From Podarcis bocagei (taxonomy: Eukaryota), in the NCBI GenBank assembly GCA_964188305.1, contig OZ076897.1: a stretch of 64,000 nucleotides of DNA; one strand, given 5' to 3'. A program made the translations under genes and the position numbers. Positions within the stretch are counted from its first letter, which is position 1; every line of letters starts with the position of its first letter. This document shows positions 13,545-26,603 of the stretch, one piece after another. The notes beneath the pieces are model-generated. The model was given only the letters and a program-made list of their open reading frames with translations. It did no database searches and had not been told where the DNA came from.

Positions 13545-16500
13545 GAAATAAGATGATAAAAAAGCAAAGGTGCAGTGACTTTTTTTAAAAAAAAAGGTCT
13601 AAGAAAGGTTTAGAATCAGGGAGAATGCTAGCCTGGCAGTTAAAGAAAAAACAGAAAGAAAAGATGATAGGAAAGTTGGTAGAAGGAGGGAAGATATTTG
13701 ATGAGCCAGAGGAAATAAATAAAAAATTCATAAACTACTTTAAGGATCTATACCAAGAAGGAAAGGAAGAGGAAGATAAAATAGGGGGGGGAAATTAAGC
13801 CAAAGTAAATTTCCAAAGATTGCAAGGGATAAAATAGAACATTTAAACTTCTCTATAACAATGTTGGAAATTCATCAGGCGATATCTAATGTGAAACCAG
13901 GAAAATCACCTGGACCGGATGGATTGCCCGTAAGTTATTACAAGAAATTGGAAGACTCACTTTCAATACTGCTCAAGACAGTTATGAACAAGATCTTATC
14001 AGAAGGGAAACTGCCAGAATCATGGCAAGAAGCCTTTATAATGCTGATTCCAAAGCAAGGGATGGATTTAACATCAACTAAAAACTACAGACCAATATCT
14101 CTTTTAAATAATGATTATGATTATAAATTATGTGTGAATATTATGGTAAATAGGTTAAAGAAAATGCTAAAAGAGGTCCTAAATGAAGATCAGGCATGAC
14201 AAATGAAGGACAGGAAGACAAATGAACAACAATATAATAATGTGATTTATATATTAGAGTATTTGGAAATGAGATCGGATAAACAAGCAATACTAATGTT
14301 TGTGGATGCTGAAAAAGCATTTGATAACGTGTGCTGGAAATTTATGAAAAGAACTATAGAGCTAATGGGCCTAGGGGATTTTTTTTGTAGATGTATAGAG
14401 GCGATTTATCAGAATAAAAAAGCCAAACTGATCCTAAATAATGAAGTATCAGAGAGCTTTAGAATAATGAAAGGAACTAGACAAGGTTGCCCACTCTCCC
14501 CATTATTGTTTATTATGGTCCTTGAAACACTGGCAATGACAATAAGAACTGACTCAGAAATAAAAGGAATTACATTGGGAAACAAATTTTATAAGCTAAA
14601 AGCTTTCACAGATGACCTTATAATAACTACCCACTAGAAGAAAATCCACTAGAAAGTATATATATTTTTTGAAAGAATATATGAATTTGGTCAGGGGGCG
14701 GGATTTAAATTGAATAAAAACAAAGCCATGTTGTTGGCAAAAAATATGCGAGATCAAGAAAAACAAGAACTGCAGACAATGTCTGGCTTGACAATAACTA
14801 AAAAGGTCAAATATTTGGGTATCTGAATTACAGCAAAAAATATCAATTTGTTCAAGGATAATTATATCAAGACTTGGAAAGAGATAAAAAAAGATTTAGA
14901 AATTTGGAATAGGTTGAGCCTTTCATTCTGGGGGAGAATTTCAACAATCAAAATGAATGTGCTCCCAATGATGTTGTTTCTGTTTCAGATGATTCCAGTG
15001 GTGGGGGGGGGGGCAGGACACTTCAAGGAATGGCAGAGGGATTTATCAAATTTCATTTGGCGGGGGGGGGGACCCAGGATAAAGCATAAACTATTAGGAG
15101 ATATTAAGGATGGAGGGGTTTTGTGCTGCCAGATTTGAAACTTTACTATGAAGCATCCTGTTTGATAAAAGAGTGGATAATTTTGCAAAATACAGACATA
15201 TTGGATTTGGAGGGATGGGACAATAGATTTGGGTGGCACGCCTATCTATGTATTTTTCGCTCTATAAGACGCACCAGACCACAACACGCACCTAGTTTTT
15301 GGAGGGGGAAAACAAGAGAAAAAATATTCTGAATCTCAGAAGCCAGAACAGCATGAGGGATCGCTGCGCAGTGAAAGCAGCAATCCCTCTTGCTGTTCTG
15401 GCTTCTGGGATAGCTGCACAGCCTGCATTCACTCCATAAGATGCACACACATTTCCCCTTACTTTTTAGGAGGGAAAAAGTGAGTCTTATAGAGCAAAAA
15501 ATACGGTAGGTTATGAAAAAGTCAAGGTTCACAGGGGATTTCTGAATCACATAGTAAGAAAATCACTATATATGGTATGGGATAGGTATAAAAACCTATT
15601 AGAACAAAAAACACCCTGTGGTTATCCCCCCTAGAGGCAATTTCAGTAAAGAGGAAAAATATGGGGGGGGGGTGTTTACTGGCAACCTATAAGGAAATAT
15701 TAGAAGAGGAAGAAAAACAATTAAAATTAAGCAAGTTTCAAGAAATTAGACATCATTTCATGGATGGGTTGCAGTACCACCAAATAAATGACACCTGTAA
15801 ACTAGACAGAAGAAAAGGGTTCATGACAGAAGTTTTGAGGCTGGAAAAAGATTTAATACAAAACATAAAGAAACTATTATCTAAAATGTATAGACTCCTG
15901 CTAGATTGGGAAGTAAAAGAGGAAAAAGTTAAAGAAGCAATGATCAAATGGTCAAAATATTTTGGTCATACCATTCAGATGGCTGCTTGGGGAAAGATCT
16001 TAAAGTTCACTGCTTATTATACATTAAAGGAAGACTTCATGAAAATGTTTTATAGATGGTACACAAACTCCAGCAAATTGGCAAAAATGTACAAAACAAA
16101 TTCAAATATATGCTGGAGGTATAAGCAAGCTGAGGGAACAATGTAACATATGTGGTGGGGTTGTACAAAAATAAAAAAAACTTTTGGTATATCATCTATG
16201 AGGAGTTTAAAAAATGTTTAAACAAATGTTTGCAAAAAAATTGGAAGCTTTCCTCCTAGGCATTTTGACAACAGATATTCCAAGTGATAAGAGGAGGGTA
16301 TTCCTACATGCAACAACAGCAGCAAGCATGTTGATTGCTAACGATTGGAAGGGAGAGAAAACTCCAACGAAAAAGGAATGGCAGATAAAACACTGAATAT
16401 TTGGAACTTGCAAAGATGACAAAAATAATCAGGACTCAAACCAACCACAAGTTTATAAAAGAGTGGGATTGTTATAGAGGGTACTTAAAAAACATTGTTC

Positions 16501-16850
16501 CCAAGTAAAATCTTTAGTGTGCTTTGACTAATTTTCGCAAATTAAACGACAGATGGATAGTGTATCTCATACAATATGGATGATTGATAAGGTAAAAAAA
16601 AGGATGCAGTTTAAAAAGGGCGGGGAAGAGAAACGACCCCCAGTGAGGTAGACAGAAGTCATATTCAAAAAGTTGAAGACTAATTATTTTTTATTTAAGG
16701 TTCCGGAGATACAGGGTGTTGAATATTTTTATTATGCATGGGTGTTTTTTCATGATTATTTATCTTTTTTGTATCCTATTTTGCTTTTGATGAGGAGTTG
16801 TAATATCTAATGAAACCAATAAAGAGCATGGGGGGGGGAGAGAAAAAAGA
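13545..16850 (+). mobile_element. 5'-truncated, inactivated L1-clade LINE (ORF2 reverse transcriptase remnant), antisense to ARPP21
   Basis: ORF fragments contain KSPGPDG, NYRPISLLN, DAEKAFD, GTRQGCPLSPLLF, FTDD, KYLG and a degenerate C-terminal CCHC (CWRY...HMWWGC). Many stops and frameshifts. AATAAA at 16818. Limits approximate. Confidence 0.92.
15249..15506 (+). mobile_element. pogo/Tigger-like MITE, family B, inserted in the L1
   Basis: TIR GTATTTTTCGCTCTATAAGAC...GTCTTATAGAGCAAAAAATACGG-TA. It interrupts the L1 frame at WHAYL/YEKVKVH. Same family as 53221. Confidence 0.85.
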
Positions 16851-17200
16851 GTCTCCTTAGGTAAGGTATTCCACATGCAAGACCCTGTAGCTGAAAATGC
16901 CCTCTCTCCACTTGTCTCAGAAGGAAGAGGAGAGCCTCAGATGATGGCCTTTGTGGTTAGCATGACTGATGCAGGAAAAGATGGTGCAACAAGCATCTTA
17001 GTCACGTGCAGATTTTAAACAGCAGCACTTTGAACTGGGCTCCCTTAGCCTGGTAATTTGCAAAGCCAAAAATAGCAGGTGAAGATCTCAACGCTTTCAG
17101 AAAAGCACAGTTCCCAAACCATTAGAGGTTGCAAACTAATTTAGCAGAACGGCTATCACGAGAGCACTTGTGTTGTGCGGGGTGATCTTCAAAGCCACTA

Positions 17201-17426
17201 CAGTGGTACCTCAGGTTACATACGCTTCAGGTTACAGACTCTGCTAATCCAGAAATAGTGCTTCAGGTTAAGAACTTTGCTTCCGGATGAGAACAGAAAT
17301 CGTGCTCTGGCGGTGCGGTGGCAGCAGGAGGCCCCTTTAGCTAAAGTGGTGCTTCAGGTTAAGAACAGTTTCAGGTTAAGAACGGACCTCCGGAACGAAT
17401 TAAGTACTTAACCCGAGGTACCACTG
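17201..17426 (+). mobile_element. MITE family A
   Basis: TA-CAGTGGTACCTC...GAGGTACCACTG-TA. Confidence 0.9.
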
Positions 17427-17479
17427 TACTGAGTTTTGGCATAACTGAAACTCAGCTGTTCTGCCTAGCAGATTCCCAT

Positions 17480-17570
17480 TTAGTCTCTCAGCGACCAACT
17501 TAGCTGCTCTATCTGCGCTAATGACAACAGCAGCATGTCATCAGCATATACCAATAGGTTCACAAAAATA
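17480..17570 (-). mobile_element. Small non-LTR retrotransposon RT fragment
   Basis: Minus frame LLVYADDMLLLS (RT catalytic motif) in ORF 17480..17761. Confidence 0.45.
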
Positions 17571-17941
17571 AGACCAAATGTGAAACGGGGAAGCCAGAAG
17601 TATTTTATATCTCTGGGAGAGCAGCAGCAGTGTTGGGAGGTGTTGCTCAACTGGCTCCCCAGCATGGAGGTTGTTGCCAGTGACCAAGAGGGAAAGGGAA
17701 AAGGAGGAGAATGTGCTGCAGGTACAGCAGTGGAGCCAATTTGATGCAGATGATGCTCCATTCACACTGTGTCAACTTCCTTGACACCTCTCTTCTTCTC
17801 TCTCTCCTCTTCTCTCTTCTTCTTCTCTCCCTTCTTCCTGTTTTGGGAAGTCAGCTGAGCAATGCTGCTCCACCCCACTGGCTGCTACTGCTCTGGGATC
17901 AATTCATTAACATACAGATTGGAAAGATTTTTGATCTAGCA

Positions 17942-18194
17942 CATGGGTAGGCAAACCAAGGCCCGGGGGCCGAATCTGGCCCAATCACCTTCTAAATCCA
18001 GCCCGCAGACGGTCCGGGAATCAGCGTGTTTTTACATGAGTCGAATGTGTCCTTTTATTTAAAATGCATCTCTGGGTTATTTGTGGGGCATAGGAATTCA
18101 TTCATTTTAATTTTTTTCCAAAATCTAGTCCAGCCCCCCACCAGTTCTGAGGGACAGTGGACCGGCCCCCTGCTGAAAAAGTTTGCTGACCCCG
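17942..18194. mobile_element. hAT (Charlie-like) MITE
   Basis: Termini CATGGGTAGGCAAAC / GTTTGCTGACCCCG. 8-bp TSD atctagca / atctagta with central TA. Confidence 0.8.
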
Positions 18195-19201
18195 ATCTAG
18201 TATTTATATATGGCATCTTGATCAGTGTAAATAATTGTCTGCCAATCTGCACGCTCCACAGTTCTAACCACAGATTATGGCGGCTGACCCTACAAAAAGC
18301 AGCAGTACTTTTGAGAAAAGCTGTTGCCTCAGGCCTTTGCTCAAAATGTAGTTTGGTGTGAAAAATTCAAAGCGAGAATTGCATGTGCATGAATCCTGCC
18401 TTCAACTTATGCCACACTTACAGCCAGACTCCAAAATGGGATCTTCCACCAAAATATGGTGGTGTGTTGGGCTTTGCCTGAAACACCATAAAATGCGTCA
18501 TAAACATAATGGGATTCCAAGCAAGCTTCAAAACTTCTTCGTAATTTCTTCTCCAACTATGGCTATTAGAACTTGAAGTCTAATATCCAAGCAAAATCGA
18601 TGTAAGTACAAATGTGAAAACTGATGCCAGTTTAGTCTATGAGCTGGCAGGGTTCTGAGTGAAGGTGAACGTTTTGCAGTGAAGCGTGAAAATAACCTGA
18701 GAAACCACTTAGCGGCAAATGTTCATCATAATAATTTTTAAAATGCTGTTTTGGCCCTTTTTCTCCCTTCCCCCTATCCCATCTGTCACAACTCGGCCAC
18801 TGTGGAATACTGAAATGCATCTGTAATATATGTTAACTTTTCATGATGGTAGGGAAACATTACTGGCTTTGGGACAGATACAGTGAATATATGTCAGGAT
18901 TGATCAGGACTCTTGGCTTAGAGGGCTTACAGGTCCTACATACAGCCTTAAATCAAGTATCTTATCATTTTTAGGCTGCTTCTACTTTCCAGCAGACTGA
19001 GGCTGAAAGAGAAAATAAGCACTCCTTGCCTCCCTCAAAATGTGTGCTAAACATTAGTCAGTTATTGTTTATGCCCAATAACGACCACAATACAGTATGA
19101 GCACACATCACACAACTACAAAATGAAAGACACTACATGCAGCAAACCAGGACAAATCTATAATGTCCAGAATTTAAAAACACGCCTTCTAGTCAGCATC
19201 C

Positions 19202-19570
19202 CTAGGGTTTGGCACTTGCACTATCCAGAAACGTTGCCGTTATCTTTCTTGTCACTAGTGCAAACAGCACCTCCCTATAGCTGATGCACTTATTGACATC
19301 TGCCAACAGACATTTAATTTTCAAATCATCTGGTTGACCTTCTAAGGAGATCTGAAAAGAGGAGGCAAGTTTAACTCTGGGTGAGTCATACAATGGACAA
19401 TCAATATCATTAGTATCAGAAGCCCGATTGGAAGGTGGTGATTGAAAGCGACTAATATGGCTTTCCCCCATTATCTGACTTCCATGTCCATGGATTCGTA
19501 CCTTGCCAATTTTTGACCCTGGCAGTTCTTGGTATGGGATGTAGCCACAGGAAGGATGCTTCCATGAAAA
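19202..19570 (-). mobile_element. Decayed LINE ORF2 C-terminal fragment
   Basis: CPLYDSPR...LLADVNKCISYREVLFALVTRK resembles the C-terminus of squamate non-LTR retrotransposon ORF2 (recalled, not searched). Clade uncertain. Confidence 0.4.
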
Positions 19571-20227
19571 CCTAATTGTGTATCAGTCTCATACTTGTTA
19601 TATCAACTGACACCGTTTCCCTTTAAGTCTATTCTAGGGGATTTGTTATACCAGGATAGAGCAGAAAGGAGAGAAAGAATGAAGATTCACTCCACATTGC
19701 TAATGGTCTTATAATTTGCATACTTCAGTACCACACTTAAGAAGTCTATTAAAAATTGGTGTAGGAGCACAGTTCTGCCCATCAGCCCACCACACATACA
19801 AAACACTTATTTTGAGATTTTTCTGGTCACTGCATGAACATATGCAAAGTTGCTACACTAGAAAGCCAATTGATGCAGCGATCACCTACGAATACCAAAA
19901 TGCTGCAGTTCTGACTCACAGCCTTTGACAAATAGAAATGGTAGAAGTATGGGGTGTCCCAAGATGAACAAAGAGTAAGTTGAAACGTGGGGGGTACAGC
20001 CTGTCAGCAATAAGACCAGACCAGACTGCAGCAGCACTTATTGTGCAAACACTACTACAGGTAAGTGTGGCTTGACAGCGCTCAGCGAGGGAGTGAAAAA
20101 TGTTATCTCCTCAAGCATTATGAAGGACCCAGTTAATATGGAGCAAGGTGGAAAATTTGCTCTTACTGGCTTTTATAATTTTATGACAGTTCCCTCATAC
20201 ACTTGAATGACCAAGAAATGGAAGCCA

Positions 20228-20368
20228 GGCTGGATAGCTCAGTCGGTAGAGTGTGAGACTCTTAATCACAGGCTTGTGCGTTCAAGCCCCACGTTTGTGC
20301 ATTGCAGGGGGTTGGACTAGATGACCCTTGTGGGCCCTTCCAACTCCGCAATTCTATGAAACTATGAA
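20228..20368 (+). mobile_element. tRNA-Lys(CTT)-derived SINE with CR1-type tail
   Basis: Head TAGCTCAGTCGGTAGAGTGTGAGACTCTTAATC...TTCAAGCCCCACGTT, then GGACTAGATGACC...CCTTCCAACTC...ATTCTATGA. Confidence 0.8.
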
Positions 20369-21723
20369 TACAGAAGGTATGTCTGTTAGAGGCTGGACTT
20401 GCTAGATGTTTTAGCCAGTCCAAGCAGTTTGCGATGCTGTAGTGATTAGCACAAAATATACCCCTCAGTACACTATCATTGGGTAGCCTGGGCCTTACTG
20501 ATAGCAGTACAACACTTGCAATATGTAAACCTCTTTGTGACGGACAGATCAGTCTATTTCTGGTCCAAGTCAAAGTCACATGTGGTTTTTCATCAAGTCC
20601 ATTCTGTCCGACTGCAGCATTAATTTGCATGTTGTTGTTTTTTTAAGTACAGAAATCTGTATTTAAATATGAACTTTGATGTATATTAAAATAATATTTT
20701 ATTTCAATGTACGTATTTCTAAACATATTTTATCCTAAAATACCCAGTTTTAATGCATTCTGGTATGCCTAAATTGCAAAGTCCAGAGAACTGTAAAATT
20801 CATAAGGTAATTACATTCTTATCTGTGTATTAGTCCAAGAGGTCAGTATGCTAAAAATGTGAACCCCAAAAAATTTTCTGCTCCTGCTCCCCCCACACAA
20901 TTAGCAAGCTCCATTTGTCCTAGTGATAGGGGTTTCTGATACCATTTAATAAACAACAACCCTACAAACTACTTTGTTGCTGTCTTCTAATAACTAGGCG
21001 CCTTACTTCAGAATGACCCCCCCTAAAATTAATCTGTGAGCAGCAGGCACCGAGAAAAAATTAACACAATTACTGGAGGTATGGAGAGAATACTGCCTTT
21101 AGTGCAAGCATGAATTCTTGGAAGTAACACCTAGGGATAATAACAGCAACATAGCTGACAACTGTACCTGGCCTAGTCAAAGGAAATAGTTAACATAAAT
21201 AAAGCAAGGGGGAGAACTGTCATATTTCTTTATTCAACCCCCCCAACCCCCAACCCCCCCCCCATGTTTCTGGACATTAAACTGAGAGAATGAAAGAGAG
21301 ATGTGCTCTTTGGCTGCCGTTTGCTGTAATTAAGCTTTGAAATCTAGCGTTCTAATAAAAAATGCATATGGTAAGAGTCGGCTAGAAAATTCCCTGGACA
21401 TTTTGCTTTCCCTTTCCTTATTCTGTGAAGATTCTCAGGATGCAGACAGGGAACTTTGGTGGCAAACAATAAAGCCTAATCAAGAAGACAGAACACATTA
21501 GAGATCTGCAGTGCCTTACATGTTCAATTAAATATGATTCACGGCTAGTGCTTCTACTAGATGCTATGCAGAAGCTTATACAGGGGAAAGAAGGGGAAGC
21601 ATGGATGTATTATCTTTATTAATAATAGTATGCAGAAATATCACAAAGCAGAGCATGTGTCCAAAGCCCTGGACTGAAAAAACTGATTGGTTCATGCACA
21701 TACATCACTTGAGCTCTCATCAC

Positions 21724-21897
21724 CAGGGGTGCAAACTTGACTAAAATATTGGGAGAGACCAGGCAAGCCGTGCCCTGCATAACTGATCACAAGATGCGGT
21801 GCATGCACACCATTTGAATGGCAATGCCGATCAACTTGGGTGGGGCTGCTCTCTCAAAAATTTTATTGGGGGGGACCAAAGGGAGTTGGCTCCCATG
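21724..21897. mobile_element. hAT-type non-autonomous element
   Basis: Termini CAGGGGTGCAAACT / AGTTGGCTCCCATG. Perfect 8-bp TSD ctcatcac (21716-21723 and 21898-21905). Confidence 0.75.
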
Positions 21898-21948
21898 CTC
21901 ATCACTGTAAGATTCAGCAAGGATAGCTCTCAGATTAACATAACTGTA

Positions 21949-22190
21949 CAGTGGTACCTCGGGTTAAGTACTTAAATCGTTCCGGAGGTCCGTACTTAAC
22001 CTGAAACTGTTCTTAGCCTGAAGCACCACTTTAGCTAATGGGGCCTCCTGCTGCCGCCATGCCGCCGGAGCACGATTTCTGTTCTCATCGTGAAGCAAAG
22101 TTCTTAACCTGAAGCACTATTTCTGGGTTAGCCGAGTCTGTAACCTGAAGCATCTGTAACCTGAAGCGTATGTAACCCAAGGTAGCACTG
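21949..22190 (-). mobile_element. MITE family A, inverted relative to the 9932/12384/17201 copies
   Basis: Reverse complement of the family A body, TA flanks. Confidence 0.88.
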
Positions 22191-22270
22191 TATTCCCATC
22201 TTCATGCATGGAAGATGCTACATGATGCTATAGTCCATGAGCCTTGGCATAGGTGTGAACCTGTCCATAA

Positions 22271-22665
22271 TCATAGAATTGCAGAGTTGGAAGGACTCCA
22301 AGGGTCATCTTAGTCCACTTCTCTGCAATGCAGGATTCTTTTGCCCAATGTGGGGGGATTAACCCACGATGTCACATAGAGGAGGGAGAAAGGTTGTTTT
22401 CTGCTGTTCCAGAGAAGCGGACACGGAGCAATGGATCCAAACGACAAGAAAGAAGATTCCACCTAAACATTAGGAAGAACTTCCTGACAGTAAGAGCTGT
22501 TCGACAGTGGAATTTGCTGCCAAGGAGTGTGGTGGAGTCTCCTTCTTTGGAGGTCTTTAAGCAGAGGCTTGACAGCCATATGTCAGGAGTGCTCTGATGT
22601 GGTCTCTTCCAACTCTATGATTCTATGAGTCTATGACCCTGGTCTCATGCTCTACCATCAGAGCT
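22271..22665 (-). mobile_element. tRNA-Lys-derived SINE split by a CR1 insertion
   Basis: Joining 22271-22368 and 22637-22665 gives the reverse complement of the 20228 SINE family (GGTAGAGCATGAGACC...TCGTGGGTT...TGCATTGCAG...TTCTATGA). Confidence 0.65.
22369..22636 (+). mobile_element. CR1 LINE 3' end
   Basis: RTRSNG.K.QERRFHLNIRKNFLTVRAVRQWN.LPRSVVESPSLEVFKQRLD (CR1 ORF2 C-terminus) plus (TTCTATGA)n tail. Confidence 0.92.
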
Positions 22666-23320
22666 CTTCCAGAAGAGTTGCTGAAATGAAGGAACCGCTT
22701 TGAGGGGGTTCTTCTACACAATCAAGCAGGGCATAAATGTTAGGAAATACATAAAAAGTGAAACAAATAGAGAACCTACCCAAGGGAGATTGACAAAACC
22801 CCACATACACACTAAGTATTACCAGCCCAAACCCCTCCCCCCTCTCCCTCCCATCTTCTTCAACCCCAACCTTATTCTGTAGGCAACAGTAATGTCTCAC
22901 ATCAAATGTAAAAAAGACTCTACAACCTGAAAAAAGAGACAATACATGTTCTTTTGTAAACCAAGAATTAAAAAAAAATTAAAAAGTGAGTCCACATGGC
23001 TAGTTAACGCATTTGCTTGTCCACATGAAACCCCCCCCCCCGCCCCCTTGTTAAGCAACGAGAAGGCTGATGACATGTGATAATGTAATGGCCAAAAACC
23101 AAACCAACCATGGGATAGAAAACTCCGTCCTATCCTGCTATGTAAATTGACCTTATGAAAATCTCACTGCCTCAGATTTTATGCATTTAGTGGTGACGTA
23201 CCTCTGAAAATGTTCCTTGGCTGTCTTCACTTCCTTCAAGACTGTGCTAATGAGATAATGTAAAATGGATGCTCGAGGGTGGGGGGGGGAAGGCATAAGA
23301 AACCACAAATCTATGCTTAC

Positions 23321-23578
23321 CTGAGCAGGTGGCGGCGGCTGTACGTAACCCTGCGGTGGAGGTGCAGCTTGCAGTACTTGCTGGGATACTGTTGGACCTG
23401 AACCTGCAAAACCTCCGGGAGGGAGCTGTTGGCTAGATGCCATGACGTAACCAGTCTGTGGGGAAGACTGCTGTATAATAGGTGATGGGTAGACAGGACC
23501 AGAAGGCGATTCAGGGTTGTCTCCTGATGACTGACGACTTAAACTCATCTGGCTAAACTGTGTTGTCATGTCATCTCG
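23321..23578 (-). CDS. ARPP21: ARPP21 coding exon, 258 nt, phase 0-0
   Basis: TTTTGCCTCACAG|CGA...CAG|GTAAGC. Translates RDDMTTQFSQMSLSRQSSGDNPESPSGPVY...QGYVQPPPPAQ (ORF 23153..23569). Confidence 0.95.
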
Positions 23579-26500
23579 CTGTGAGGCAAAAGTCAGTTGA
23601 AAATGATCAACAGAGATCTCTGCAGCGGATATTTAGAAAACAAAAAAAATGGGTTCAAACAAGCATGCACAAGAAGCAGGGGGGAAAATACATTTAAGCA
23701 CATACGCACACAAACACAAAATTAAATGAAAACAAACAAACATCATCCTAAAAGCAAGTAAAAACATCTCCATCACCCCCCATTAAACCACTCCCCTTCC
23801 CGAATCTAAATGGGGAATTCTACATTTGTCTTGATGACACCTTGAAAAGATTCTCCTCTCCTGGTATTGATCTGACCCCATAACTTTTGATGGCAAACGT
23901 TAATAAGAACAGTTTCCCAGCCACCCCCAAAGGAAGATGAATGGTTTATAAACATACTTTTTTAAAAAAGACTCCAGCAGATCCCAATTGTTTCTACTCA
24001 GAAGTAAGCCCCAGAGTTCAATGAGACTTACGCCCAGGCAAGTGTGTATAGGACTGCAGTCTAAGGGTTTTAATGGGCCTGGATGTTCCACTGTTAATAC
24101 ACAAACACTTGGGCCACTAAAGCCACCAACTCCTTTAAGGAACCCAGCTGATCTGCCTCATACATAGAAGTTCCCTGCAATGGTCATGTGGCTATGGAAA
24201 CATATGTGCTTCCTCATCAATTCAGTGTCAATGATAACGCCTCAGGAAAAACTATTTCATAAGCAGAGCAATGAAAGTTGAGGCCTGTACTCAACTGTAG
24301 CTGACTGCAGGGGAAACCAATTAATGAATGCATGTTTATAAAAATATGACAATCTACCAATCATTCATCTTATCAAGTGTATTTCCAAACAATTCTCATA
24401 AAGGCTACAAATGCAGTTAATGGTATCTCACATTGCTGAGAAAATCTTTTATTGGGCATTGTCAGTAAAAATAAATAACTTTAAAAAGAAAAAAAGCACT
24501 GGTTTTCTCTTTGATTTTAAACCCTAAAGGATTATTTATTGTTGCTTTTGTCTCATTAAATGACTGGAGAAAATGTGTTGTTTTAGAATGACCTAGAAAT
24601 TGAAGGGATAGAAACAGCTGAGATGAAGGTCTAAACTCACATGCCAGCCTACCTAACCTATTAAAATGTCAACTGTAATCAACAGTAAATTAATTGCAAT
24701 CCTTAAACTGCATGTCAAAGTTAGCTTCACACGGGCAGTTTGACTTTTACATTTGGGATGCCCTATGTCACAAGCCTCTAACCAGCGCAGAGCCCTAACT
24801 GCCTCAATGTTTCCAGAGCTCATTCCCTTAGTTCATCTTTGCATCCTCTCAAGTTTTTACCTTGGGCAATCGCTTGGCTAGCATACCTAGACTGAGAATA
24901 AGAAAATGCCAAAGTCTATTTGGCTGTCTAGGCAAATCAGACAAGAGTTGGGGAAGTTACTGAACTTGACAAGAGCAAAAGTACATACGCCTGTACTGGG
25001 GAACGATAAAGAAGTAACCTCTTCCAGCAGCAAATGGTCAAGGTCACCTTGTACGAGTCTGTAAGCTCTTTCAGGCATTCACCAGCTCTTCCCACTATAA
25101 GCACGGTCTCCTCAAGTGTGCTTAGTTATTTTGCGTTCTACTAATAAATCAAGTTTGTTCTTGCTTTGCCATGATACAGTAAGCCTCACCATATTTCTCT
25201 GCTATTAATCAGTGATGTATTTGCAGCAGCTGTTTTTCGTGGAGTATGTCACAGAACATACCACAAAGAGAGCTGGTGCTCTTTGTCCCTCGTCTGAAAT
25301 CCTGTCTCTGAGATGGGTATCTTTTTGAAATTCTTTGTGGGAAACCTGATGTGTCTTCAAAGAGATGCACTAACTCCCTACCGCCTTGTTTTGCAATGGT
25401 TTTGCCCACACAATATTTTCTATGTTGTACTCTTGCATGTACAACCACATGCATTCACACACAGCTCTTTGTCGGGAAGCACTTTGTCGTTTATGGTGCT
25501 ACCTCTGCCTGCGACCATTGAGAGCTCCAAAGGAGACAGCCAGAAGTCGTAACAGAAGCAATCAAGTGCCCCAAGCCCCTATTTAACCGAGATGAATCGG
25601 ACTCACCCCACCGCAGTTGGTGTTAGTTGCTTGGCCTAGATTGCCTGATATACCTGTTCCACAGTAACCTTCACCAACCAAAGTCAGATCCCCTCCAGAG
25701 GGCTGGGGGGAAATGTGGAAGGATTGGTTCTCTGCTACCTGGTTCCTAACTCCCCTCTGAAGTTCCTGCAATGATGGTGATGATGATGATGATGATGCCT
25801 TCTCCTTGTCAACTGACCTTTCCAGCTTCTTTGCCTACCCCTTTCTCCTTTTCTGACTGAGGAAGGTCCTGCCAGTGCAACTGTGATGTTGGGATCCCTC
25901 CAGGCCAGCAGTGTAAACCCCAAGGTATTGCAACTCCTGCCACTGTACTGTAGGGGCTGGACCAAAGTATGTATGGGCATTCATTTCCTACTGCAAAGTA
26001 TGTTTCCCTTTCACATGGCTGCAAGATACCCCATCTTTCCGTTTTGAAAAGAAAAGTCACAAGGTTCATGCAAATATCTTCTGCGCCAAACACAACATCT
26101 TGTGGAAGCCTTACTGAATCCTGAAATTCAGTCCAAGCTCTTATGAAACAAACCCTGAACTACTTCCTAACCAATGTCTATATACTCAAAACACAAGTAG
26201 CTCAAAAAACAAAACCACAGGTGTAACTGTAAATGCTAAAAAGGGGGAATTAGTCATGCTGGTGATGCCATATCTTTAGCACTCTAAACGCACATGAAAA
26301 TAGAACAAATTGAACTAGGAGGTTTAAAAGGCAACCACCTTAGAATAATAGTTTATCAATCATTAATTTGGGAAGGCAGACAAACACATGCTTGAGGGAA
26401 TCTTGCACCATTTTAAAGATATATATTTTTTTGGCTGTGCAGGCCTAAGTGACAAGCAGTTCCAGCATCACTGAGTAAGACAAGAGATTTACAGCAATTA

Positions 26501-26603
26501 TCTTCTGTTTCTCTCCAGTTCTCCAGATAGCAATGCCCCCAAACAGAAAGCAAGCTCAGACAATGTAATCAATCCACATAAAAAGTAATAAAATCTGTAG
26601 TAC

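Noticed and set aside
13861-16146. RT-like ORFs as a functional gene
   Set aside because: Broken by stops, frameshifts and a MITE, with no endonuclease domain or ORF1. A dead L1 copy.
20228-20296. tRNA-Lys(CTT) gene
   Set aside because: Acceptor and T stems are degenerate and it runs straight into a CR1-type tail, so it is a SINE head.
21237-21263. G-quadruplex-capable G runs on the sense strand (also 23031-23047)
   Set aside because: Homopolymer G/C runs are frequent across this window and nothing else suggests function.
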